Notes under the pieces: generated by a model
Databases searched by the model: none
Told to the model about the DNA's origin: nothing
The model's input: only the letters and a program-made list of their open reading frames with translations
Shown: in pieces, positions 36,414-48,400 of the stretch
Layout: each line of letters starts with the position of its first letter
Numbering within the stretch: position 1 is the stretch's first letter
NCBI GenBank assembly: GCA_965112155.1
Contig: OZ218099.1
DNA: 64,000 nucleotides
Origin: Podarcis liolepis
Taxonomy: Eukaryota
Reading direction: 5' to 3' (one strand)
Made by a program: the position numbers and the translations under genes

Positions 36414-39400
36414 CTGTTTGCAAACAAAAAAGGCTCATCAAGAGCAGATCTACAACTTTACTATGCCGTGCACCCCAAGCCACCCTACAACTTGAAATGT
36501 TATAAAACATCTTGCACATCAGTGATTACTGCCTGTCAAGATGGCAGACTCCTTTGTCTACAGTATGAGATACCCAAGGGAGCACATCGTAATTCGCTGT
36601 TGCTGTCAGAGAAGTGTGTCCTACTTTTCTTTTGGTTGGATATAGCTTTATGTGATGCTATGCTAGAGTAACTTGGCATACCAGGAATCTACTTTGTGGT
36701 TCTGTGAGCCTGTAAGGTGTAACTAGGAATGCCAGGGTGAGAAGAACAGAAAGATTGCAGGAAAGCCAACAGCAGATTGTGGTCAGGGAACACAGTAGGT
36801 GCTCCATCCAAGGACCGCAGGAAGGAGATCAGTAGAAGAAATTCTCACTAAGTATATGTGTGTTGGCAAGGACTTGTTAAGAGGGAAAAAGATGAGCGGA
36901 TGAGTATGGGACGTCCTACAGCAACTAGAATCTTAATACTTCACCAAACCATTATTAGGCATTACAAGTACCGTATTTTTCGCCCTGTAGGACGCACTTT
37001 TTCCCCTCCAAAAATGAAGGGGAAATGTGTGTGCGTCCTATGGGGCGAATGCAGGCTTCCGCTGAAGTCTGGAGAGGGAGAGCGGTCGGTGCGCACCGAC
37101 CCCTCTCGCTCTCCAGGCTTCGCGGACCTCTCCGCAAGCAGTGGGAGCGCTCCCGCTGCTTGGGGAGAGTTGCCGGCATCCCGAAGCCTGCGCGCGCTGA
37201 GATCAGTGCGTCCAGGCTTCGTGGACCTCTCCGCAAGCAGCGGGAGCCAGCGCTGGGCTCCCACTACTTGCAGAGAGCTGCCTGTTTGGGGGCTGGGGTC
37301 GGGGGAAGCTCGGGCCACCCCAGCCCCGCGCCAGGGGGGGAAATAATTTTTTCCCCTTTATTTCCCCCCCCCCCCAAAAAAAATCTAGGTGCGCCTTAGG
37401 GGACGGTGCGTCCTATAGGGCGAAAAATACGGTATAAAACATCGATATATAAAATTTAAAATATATACAAATAAATAGACATGTAAACTATATAAAAATG
37501 GGATTTCTTTCATTGAGATTTCTTCCCACTAAATAGTGCCATTCACCACTCTTAAGAGATACTGTTGACCAAAACTCAGCCACCCTTGCAGTTACTTCCA
37601 GGTTAATGTCAGACAGATTCCTGTATGCTTATATCAGATTCTGATTGTTAAGACCACACAATCTATTTTAGTGCAAGGGTGGCTAAACTGTGGCCCTCCA
37701 GATTTTGGGCTTCATCTCCCATCATCGCTGACTGGGATTGATGTGAGTTGGGGTCCAGTGACAGTCTGAGGGCCACATCTGGTTGCTTAAAATAAGCCCA
37801 TCAAGAAAATGCACTTTGGGAGCGGCACTTTCTTTCATGGGCTATGACCATGGCTACATTTAGCAGTAGGCATTGGGCTCAAATTATGTCTTACTATGAC
37901 TAGGGGGTAAGGACGCAGGTGGTGCTGTGGGTTAAACCACAGAGCCTAGGACTTGCCAACCAGAAGGTCTGCAGTTCAAATCCCCTTGACAGGGTGAGCT
38001 CCCGTTGTTCGGTCCCTGCTCCTGCCAACCTAGCAGTTCGAAAGCATGTCAAAGTGCAAGTAAATAAATAGGTACCGCTCCAGCAGGAAGGTAAATGGTG
38101 TTTTCGTGCGCTGCTCTGGTTCTCCAGAAGCTGCTTAGTCATGCTGGCCACATGACCCGGAAGCTGTACGCCGGCTCCCTCGGCCAATAAAGCGAGATGA
38201 GCGCCGCAACCCCAGAGTCGGCCATGACTGGACCGAATGGTCAGGGGTCCCTTTACCTTTACCTTATGACTAGGGGAAATTCTCTGAAATTGCCATTTTG
38301 GGTACCACCCTTCAGTCAATGAAAAGCATTGGGGCTAGGGGTTAGTGCAGACATAGCGATCACAGTGCACCCTCTTTGGGCAGCCAGAGACTTCGCTCAT
38401 ACTTGCTTTGACCAGAACCAACAGTCTTGCCTTAGGGATATCACCTACCTCCAGTTTCAATAAGCACATCCAACAGTTCATCCATTTGCTGGCTTCGGGT
38501 CATCTGCTGCAGCAAGAAAAAAGCAAGGGATGTTAGGAAGTTGGTACTGGAGCCACACACTACTATACTAGAAAAATCAGCTTTGATGGATAGAGAGAGA
38601 TGCTTTCAAAAGAAAGCTGAAGCCTCAGACATATAAGGATGATGGAATCTCCTTGACAGGCATGTTAAATAAACAATGGTTCCTTAGTAGCTAGTTGAAA
38701 CAGGTCTCCTACAATACTTGAGCAGTTTTTTGTGCATATTGTAGGCTGTTATGTATTACAATTAATACCGTTATAGTTCATAAAAGCCTCAGAGAAGCAA
38801 GATCAATAGCCCTCCCAAAGTGGAATGAAAACTCCCTCCTTCACTCAGATGTTCAACCTGTAACTAATGTTACTTAGAATAAAATCCCACCACATTCATT
38901 GGTACTTACTTCCTAGTAAGTATGCTTACGTTGGCTCCTGTTAACCCACACAAACTTTGTGTGACCCACTGCAATTACCTCTTTAGGGGCCATCCTGCAG
39001 TGCTCTTGTGTGTACTTTTTTGAACCAAGTGTTCAGCTGTAGCTTGCAAACTTAGTTCATTCAGAGATCATTCTGTTTCTTCTAAAAATTCAGGTGGCCC
39101 TTCCAACAGAAGTCACCTGAATCACTTCAGCCGCTTATTCAATGTCTGAACAAATAAGAGGTTGAATGAATTTGCATTTGCTTTTAATCCAATTGACTGT
39201 ATATAACTCTTTCTACAACAATAAATTCAGTTTTCAAGGCTGTCGGTAGTCATCTGCTTTCACTCATAGGTCACACAACACTCTCAAATCTGCGATTGGC
39301 TTTGATGTACATAACAATCAAAGCAAGCTATCTGCAGCCAAGCATAGCCTACCAAGCACCAGACTGTTACCTGTTTCACAGCATCAGCGTAGGGTGGTGG

Positions 39401-42400
39401 CTGCTTTCCATCTGGGAGGGCAGCATTTGACTTGCAAAAGCCAGGAGACAGAATGGAATACTTCTGACTACCTTGTGCTGGCACCTGTGTGGAACCAAAA
39501 TCAATCACAGGGATCAAGCCAAACTTGGGCCAAGACTGCTATTCAGCAGTTGCCTCCATAAATTTACCTCTTGCACATGGGAACAAATCAACAGTCAATG
39601 AGGTGATCTCATTGCAAATCCAGTGGAAGCATGAGAAAAAGTCAAGGCTCCGGAAGCCCATCTCCCTTGCTGTAATAACAGTTTTGCCATTGATAATGGC
39701 ACTTACAAAGTTCTGCAAAGGAATTTTGAAATAATATTGAATTCCCCCACCCACTAGCAGAAAACTGCAGTAAAGGCTGCCTGGTTTAGGGCAAGGGTGA
39801 GCCAACTTTTTCAGCAGGGGGCCGGTCCACTGTCCCTCAGACCTTGTGGGGGGCCGGACTATATTTTTTGGGGGGAGAATGAATGAATTTCTATGCCCCA
39901 CAAATAACCCAGAGGTACAGTTTAAATAAAAGCACACATTCTACTCATGTAAAAACACACTGTTTCCTGGATCATCCGCAGGCCAGATTTAGAAAGCGAT
40001 TGGGCCGGATGCGGCCCCCGGGCCTTAGTTTGCCTACCCATGGCTTACTTTCTTTTGAATGGGCAGGAGAGAGTTACAGGGACACCAAGGGTGGTAATTA
40101 AGCTGTATATGTGGAAGAGTGGGTAGTGTCCAGTTTCTTAATGACTTCTGAAAAAGTTGAACCTACTCTGCTTATGCGTATGCCACCATCCTTGAAATGC
40201 CGTTCTGCAACTTGAATGCAAACCAACAGATGTATATTTTAATCACTGGAAGATGGGCAATTAAACTCCTCCTTTCCTGTTTGGTATTTCATCAACTGAG
40301 AAGCAATAATAGCTACAGTAGGTAAACTGGGCCTGGACACATGGAACACACCCTGCCAGTTTTGAAACATTGCACTGCCCCCCAGTCTGATTCTGGGCAC
40401 AGTTCAAAGTGCCTTTGAAGCTCTGAGCAGTTTGGAATCTGGATAGAATGGGAGCTGCTTTAACACCCTCCCCTAACTCTGCACCCCCCAATAATAATAA
40501 TAAAATTAATAATAATAATAACAAGTAGCTTTCTTACTGGAGCTGTGCGAAGATGGCTGCTGGGCTGTGGAGAGCTGCTGCGTCCTTCTCCCTGAGTGCT
40601 GGGGGACACAGAGAGGAGGTAATGGCTGTTTGGTGAGGGTGGAAGGCTGATGTGTTGCGGACTCTTTGCTGCCTCTAGTGGAGAATGCTGGGGAGAGCAC
40701 TGTGGGCTTAGGAATGTGGAGGACAGTATGCCGCTCTGTCCTGACGGTTCCATGCAATGGCTATTTACAAGATGGGGCAGCTGAGGTGTCCCACAGTTTC
40801 TCAGTGTGTCCGAGTTGCTAGCCTGGCCTTTCAAGGGAGCTTGCTTAGAGGCAAAGGGACAACTGGACGCTGGGTTTTCTTGCTTGATCGGAAAGCCGAA
40901 GAAGTGTGGAGAGGGCTGCTTCTCGTCCAAGCCGTGGCTCCTTTTGCGCTTCTGCAGCTGCATCCTCAGCTCTTCCACTTGCCTCTGCTCTTGCTGCAGT
41001 TTCCAGGTCAGCTCATTGATGACCTTCTGCTTTTCCACCAGCATCTTGTCTTTCTCTGTGTCAACCCTTTCCACGTCGAGCTGGATGCCAGCGCCGTTCA
41101 TGCTTCCCATCAGGCTTTCTTCGCACCCGCCTTGCACAGGGGAAGGGTGCAGGACAAAATGGGGGGAAGACATTGGTCCTTCGTTGAAACTGTCTGGCAA
41201 GGAGCCATTCACCGATAGGTCTGAGGAAGCTGGGGAGATGGGGGGAGTAGAGCTGGTGCTGCCAAAGTGGTAAAAGCCATTGGACAGCAGGCTGGCCGAA
41301 GACTGCGACTGGTAGCTGGAGAGAGAGTTGGTTGGTGTCACCGGGAAGGTGACGGTGGTTATCTCATTGAAGCTGGGCACAGAACCCCCGTTGCACTCCT
41401 GGAAGGGCCGCAGGCGTTCCATCAAGGCCGTTTTCGTACCTGATACAGGGAGGCCCCTTATTCGGAGCTGCTGCCTCAGCTCCGACACCTGGAATGAAAG
41501 CCGTGTAGTCAGTGGCAAGGCCGCTTTTCAGTTCAACTTTGTGGCAAAGTAGCAACCTGCTTACAGTGGACCCTGACCCAAATCTAAACCAGAGATTATT
41601 TGCACGGACAAAGAGTTGGGCTGGGTAAAGTTTGGGCTCCAAAATGGCTGCTATTAATTGGACTGGATACGTCAGTTTGTCCCTGTGCTGCTTAGCACAA
41701 CATTACTTGGACATCTCTAATTATTTCTATTGCCTTAGGTGCTATGCTGTCCAAATTAAAATTATGCAAGTTGTAATAAGCCTGGAGTGGGACTGAACGT
41801 CTGCACCCAGGGCTTATTTTTCAGCCGGAATTCAGTTCAGCACCTCTCAGGTGAGCTCCGTTGCCATTCTAAGAGAACAAGGGAGACATTCATTGTGAGT
41901 TCTGGCACCTCTTTTTCTAGAAAAATAGCACTGCCTACACCTAATGAATTTGTGGCTGGTTTTAACCTGGGCTGCCCTTCTTACATTTTAGATATAGACA
42001 GAGCAGTGTTTCTTGAGAAACTTGGGGGAAAGAGAAGGCATGCTTTCCAGTCAACCATCATTACTCCTGAGGATACTCTCCTGTCCCTGCTTAGGAGCTG
42101 CAGCCCTTTGGGCACAGGCAAGTCCTCCAGGTGAAGACTAGGCAGAACATCAGAGCTTGTTGAACTTCCCATTACTTTGCTTCCTGTGGATGGCCTATAT
42201 TTTCAGCAACAGCTGCCTGAGCTTGTGCCTTTGGCACGTGCCTGTGTGTATATAAGTGTTCGCTTAGGGAACTTGGTTTCAATTGATTTCTTAACGTATG
42301 TTATTTTTAATGCTTGAGGTTTTTTCTTGTTCCAGGGTTGCCTTTGTGTTAATTTTGTTTTAATTTAGTGTGTTAGTAAAATAATGGTTTGCATTCTTAA

Positions 42401-45400
42401 ACAACGAATATTATTGAAATAGAACTGGCTCTGCCATCTGTTTTTAAACAAGCTACGATGTCCGATTTTATTAGTTCTAAGTCAGCTTTGGCAAATAATA
42501 ATTTGGTCTCTTCTCTACAGTCCACTGACCCTAGTTGGTCTGCTGATCTTATGGTGGTGTTTGACTGCTTCAATTTATGTGATATTTGAATTTTGATTAA
42601 TTTGGGATATTGACCGAAGTGCATGTGTTAACCATGTGTTTGCTAGAGGAACACACTGCCTCCACATGCAGTTTCATATACCACACAGAAGGTTTTACAC
42701 TTTTCATCAACTTTTGCATTCAGTACTCACTTTTAAATCATCCAGGTTGGATGGGAGAGGACCTGGCTTGAGAGACGAAATGCAGGATTGCCCTGAAAAG
42801 CTTCCCTTCCCAGGGGAAAGAGGGCTGTTGGCAACTGTCGATGGGGAAGAGTTTGAGGTTTTGGCCATTTGCTCATTGGGTTGCCTGTAAAAAATAAAAG
42901 TGCAGAACATTTTCCCCCTTTTGTTTTCTTCTTCTTTTTAAATATCAGTATTCTTACTTACTTCACCAAACCTTTATTAGGCATTACAAGTACTGGCCAT
43001 CATAAAACATCCATATATACAAATAAAAGCCATGTAAAATATATAATTACAAGAATTATCATTGGGATTTCTTCCTGCTAAATAGTGCCAGTCACCGCTC
43101 TAAGAGATACTATTGAGAAAATCTCAGCCACCTTTGCAGTTACTTCTGAGTAAGTGTCAGACAGATAGAATCTGATATTTTCATTGTGCCATGACGTTAG
43201 ACTTCCCAAAAAAGGAGATAGCACGTGTTTACATAGCTGGTTGTACAATGGACAGTAGAAAAGGATATGTTCTACAGTGTCTGGCATGTTCAAATAACAT
43301 CTGCAATGTCTATCATTTCTGGGGATGTTTAAATATCTGCCTTTGACAAGAGCTGAGGGGGAAATATTCAGCTGGGCTCACATAAAGGCCCTGCGTTGGG
43401 CTGGAATTATTAATTTTGAGATTTAAGTGACCCTGTTATCTGGTGTATTTAAACCATAGAACTTGGGGGGCAAATTTTATTTACAACTGATTCGATGAAT
43501 GTCCCTTAATCTAGTTTGAATATTGCAATAAATATATTGCTCACTTGAATTATACCAGGATTCCAAGTCAATACCAATAGATCTAATTTTGCTATGTAAG
43601 AGCTGGAACGGTCTGGATGTATAAGAGTTCTTAAGCAAGTCAGAGAGCAGACTCAAAGGTTGGCAGCAAAAATGGCAACGCAGCCAGTATTTTATAGTGC
43701 TAGCCTTCATCCAATATTCCATCATGTGTACACCTAGTTCTGCATACATCGTCTCATACTTGATTGAACTTAGGAGCCCCAGGATACATCTCAAGAAACC
43801 TGAGTGTATCTTATCTAAATCACTATTATATGCTTCTATCCATATTGGGATCCCAAAAAGTAGCTGGGATGACACTTTAGCTTGAAAAAGCTGAATAGCA
43901 GCTGGTATAATTTGGTCACCTTTCTGAAAATAAAAGCGAGCTATTGCTGAGGAGTTACACTTTGCCTGTTTTATAGCACTTGTGCGATGGGTTGACCAAC
44001 CTGAGTTGCTCTGCAATAAAATTTACTGCATCACCACTGTTGTCCTGAAGGGTACAATCCTGCTGAAGTTTGGAAGAGTTGACCACACTTAAAAGGGAGA
44101 GGCTTTCTCTCTTAAGCACACACTTTAATTTCCTATTTAAATTAACAGAGCTTAAAAGTGACTAATGGGCTGGAATGTGCCCCAAATTGATTGCGGCAAG
44201 AAATCAAACCTGGGTAAGGTGGAAAGGTCACTCTAGGAAACCTTTCCGTTACCAACTCACTTCAGCTGCATGGAATGGGGCCCCGGATAGTTGAAGTGCT
44301 GCTGGTGCCGGTGCTGCTGCTGCTGGCTGAGGATCTGGAGCTGCAGGAAGAGCTGCTGCTGCTGCAGGAGCCTTGCATAGGCCGAGTCCATGGGCGGAGG
44401 GGACTTTTCCGCCTTCTGGTCTGGGGGAATGTACTGGTGGTACTTAAGCTTCTTCACTTTTGGCTTCATCTCCTTGGGCTTTTTGTGGCGATTCTTGCTA
44501 TCGCTCGATGGTTTTGACTAAATGGGGCACAAATAAAAATTTCAATAAGATTATCTGCAACATGGAGTAGCTGAAGTTAGTTAGAAAGTTTAGCGAGCTC
44601 CCGTGCCCAGGGCCTGTCAGCCTGCAAGTCAGTGGAGGTAGTATCAAGACTGTGGGAGGTCATAATAGATGTCCCTTCTCACTAGAGTTGTCGAAGGAAT
44701 CCACTGAAAACAGAGTATCAAGCAAATTTCCTTTAATCTGCCCATTTTATCCCCACTGGCAGAGATACTCGCTGTGGAAACTATTTACCTTAGTTATCTA
44801 CAACGAACTTAAAAAAAACCCACACCACATGAACATGTTATGTGTAAATAGATATGTAAATTGCTTTGCTATATATATTATTTACATCATCATGTATACA
44901 GGTGCCTCTTTACTGTCCTTGTTTCTAAAGTGTTGTTTGCACCCTAAGGCCACCTATATGCACTAATATGTTGCAATCCCAACAATGTCTACTCAGAAGT
45001 AAATCTCACTGACTTCCAAGTACGGTTACAATTTCAGACTTAATCTGTATCCTCTTGTGTATTTTAAAGCCAGTGGAATGCATTGCTCCTTATTCTTTTC
45101 ACATGGAAAACCACACTTCCTGGGGTTACCTTGACTTACAACTAAACTGTTCCTCCCTGACGCCAGAGTGAAAAAAGCAAGATAGGATGATCATGTAGCC
45201 TAGCTGGTTAGAGCATGGTGCTGATAATGCCAAGGTCGCTGCATATTCCGGCATTGCAGGGGGCTGGACTAGATGACCCTCAGGGTCCCTTCCAACTCTG
45301 ATTCTATGACAAGTTTATATTGAACCGTGAAATCAAGGTAGCGAGAAGTAGAAGACTCTAGTTTTTTTGCTGCGAAATACTAACACGGTCCCCCCCCTGC

Positions 45401-48400
45401 CCGCCCCCCAGAAAACACAAGGAATGTAACTCATTTGTAAGTTATCTGTTGATGGCTGAGATATATGTGTCTAATGTGTGCTACATAAAAAAAATATGTT
45501 AGAAATTACAAGTATTTCCACATCAGCAGGCAATGAAACAGCACACAAACTTTTGAAAAATAAACCAAATGCATAGGAATGGAAAACATCAGAAGAAAGT
45601 GCAAATGAATATTGCAATTGAGACGTGTTTGTACATCCCTTCTTCCCATCTGACCTTCTGTAGTTGAGTACAAGGAACAAAATATACAGGCACCACATCA
45701 TTTGTAAAGGGCATGTTTATATATTTATTAGCCACACATTCCTTTTAAAACAGTCTGAAGCAGCAATCTGGTCCTTACCCAGATGACACTTCCAAGAATT
45801 TTTAAATGATATGTATCTAATAATATACTAATGCATGTTTTACAATCGTCACAGTACTGGTGTATTTTGTACTTGGATACTCTGACCCAAATATAAAATC
45901 TCAACATGTAACGCAGCCTTAAGATAGGCCTGCTGCCCCCAACATCATGGGGCAGTCCTCAGGTCACCTCCCCAGTGACCATTTTTAAACATTAGGTGTG
46001 TTTGGAATTACAACTCCCGTTATCCATAGCTAGCATGACCAGTGCTCAAGGGTGATTGGAGCTGTAGTCTGTAACATGGGCAGGACACCATGTTGCCCAT
46101 CGTTGCTTTATGGCTTTTAAATATTTCTTTCATTTTTAACTTGGGCAGCATCCAGCTACTCCCCTTTCCCCCAGAATGCCTCTGGGTCCACCTCCATAGG
46201 AAAGGAGTAAAGAAGGAAAGCTATAGGGCAGTGCTTTGCCTTCCAACTTCTCTCTAAATATCATAAGAAAAGGGACGGAGGGCCCTCTTGTTGCCCTAGA
46301 GGGACAAGGGAGTATTTTGTCTGTTTTGAAGGGCAGAGTTTCCCTAGATGTTTTGGGAAGAGATACGTGCATAAGTGGTTTGTCTGTTACTTAGTGGTTT
46401 ACATGGAATATTAAATATACATTAAAATTATCCATAAAAGTTAAGCAACTTTTTTTTTAAAAAAAAAATCAAAATATAAATGGAAATTAGTAGTTTAAAA
46501 TATACCAGTGTTTGGTTTGGAGTATGCATGGATATTATTTCTGTTGTCTGGGGCAATATTTCTGAGTACAGTGGTGCCTCGCAAGACGAAAAGAATTTCT
46601 TCCGCGAGTCTTTTCGTCTTGCGATGTTTTTCGTCTTGCGAAGCACGTCACAACTGCGCCTCTTCAAGCGGCTTTAAAAAAAAAGCGCAAGACGTTTTCG
46701 TCTTGCGAAGCAAGCCCATAGGGAAATTCGTCTAGCGAAGCAACGCAAAAACGGAAAACCCTTTCGTCTTGCGAGGCATTCGTCTTGCCATTTTCCCTCT
46801 CTGAAATGGGTATTTTGTAGTGCCCATGACAGCTTCATAGAATTCCACAATTCCTGAGACAGATGAATGAGCCATCTAACACAAGGTGCTGTTGGCGCTA
46901 TTGTTGGAAACAGCTTGGCTTCAACAGATCATCAAAGTCTCAGCTTGCTCCTTTTGCAGGTACTTTCACCCCAGAATTCTAATGGACCCAGTTTTGTGAC
47001 ACAAGGAGGTACTGTCTGGGTAGTTCCTAGCGACTCCCATCTCCAAGCAAAGCCAGCACTGTAACTCACCTCCCCAAACACCTAAAACCAGTCGTCCCCC
47101 CCTTACTGCAGATGAGTGCTAGCTGTTGTCTAGCCAATAAGCCATGTTAACAATTTTTCTTCCTACGTAGTGGGAGGTTAGGCTCATACCTTTGCAGATG
47201 TGGTAACAGTGCCAGGAGGTGTTTGTTGCCCATTCTGTTGTTTAGGACTTTCTGGCTGGCCATTCCTCAGAGATGTCATATCAGCCATATCATTTTCAGA
47301 GCCAACGGAATGATCCTAGAATCAAAATAAATGCATGGAAATTAATAAACATCAATATGCCCATTTTCAAGAAGCCTATCCACATGCAAGCAGCTTACAG
47401 ACTATTACAGAAATGGTCCATGCTAGTCTTGCTCAGGACCAGTTATCTTGACCTTGTTTGGAGCCTTAACTAGGACTGGACTACATGTTATCACTTTTTT
47501 CAACTGGCATCTCTCCATGATCTGTATTTAGAGCAGCGTAACATGGAAGTTTCCTTGCCAGCATCAGATGCTCCTGATGTGCACTAGCCTTCAACAACCT
47601 AGTGACCACCTGATGTTACTGGACTACAACTCACAACATCCAATGGGGATTGTAGTTCAAAGCAAGCTTTAGTGTATTAGGCTGGGCAAGGCTGCTCTAT
47701 GCAATCAAGAGAATCTACGGTAGATGTTAAAGCAATAGCATGGATTGCCGACAGAAGGCAGTCTTCCATAGGGATAAGGTTCCATCTAAAATGGGCTTGA
47801 CACTGAAGTAGGTAAAAGAAATGGATGACAAGCTGTGAGAGCAGTGAACTACACTCCTAAAATCACTTGATCTTAAAACGGCTAGCTAGCTAAATCCAAT
47901 CCACCAACTGATTAATGCAAAGTTCTTCTGTAACGGACATTCTATAAATAAATGGTGTTTTTTTAAAAAAAAATCAACAAAATCTACCTTGGAGGCCCCC
48001 AATTTCTCAGTCTCCATCATAATCAATCAGCATATTTTGCTGGTGACTCGGGACTCCCTGCCATGGCATTTCTACACAGCTGAGACCAATCGCATTTATC
48101 AGGCTAGTGTTATTAGGGAAACCAAATGGACGAATCGTTGGGCTCTGTGCCATAAGTGCTTGGAAAATGGAGGTGCCCCATGCCAAGTACACTGTGTAAC
48201 AAAACTGCCGGAATGGAGGAGGGCACTCCAAGCCAAGAATATGTCGTGTTCAGGTTAACAGTGGCTCAGGATCCTTTGCAGGACACCCCCATGTTTTATG
48301 TAACCACCAGAGGCTGACCTTACAGCTGGCTTCCTCCATAGGCTACAGTGCCCTCAGAGAGATCTTGGCATGCATTGCATCTTTTTACCCACAACGAGTT

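Noticed and set aside
40757-41552. Plus-strand ORFs of 74-155 aa (also 35807-36244)
   Set aside because: Antisense shadows of GC-rich MYOCD exons.
45195-45245. tRNA-Ile gene
   Set aside because: No B-box/T-arm or acceptor stem; it is fused to a CR1-like tail, so it is a SINE head.
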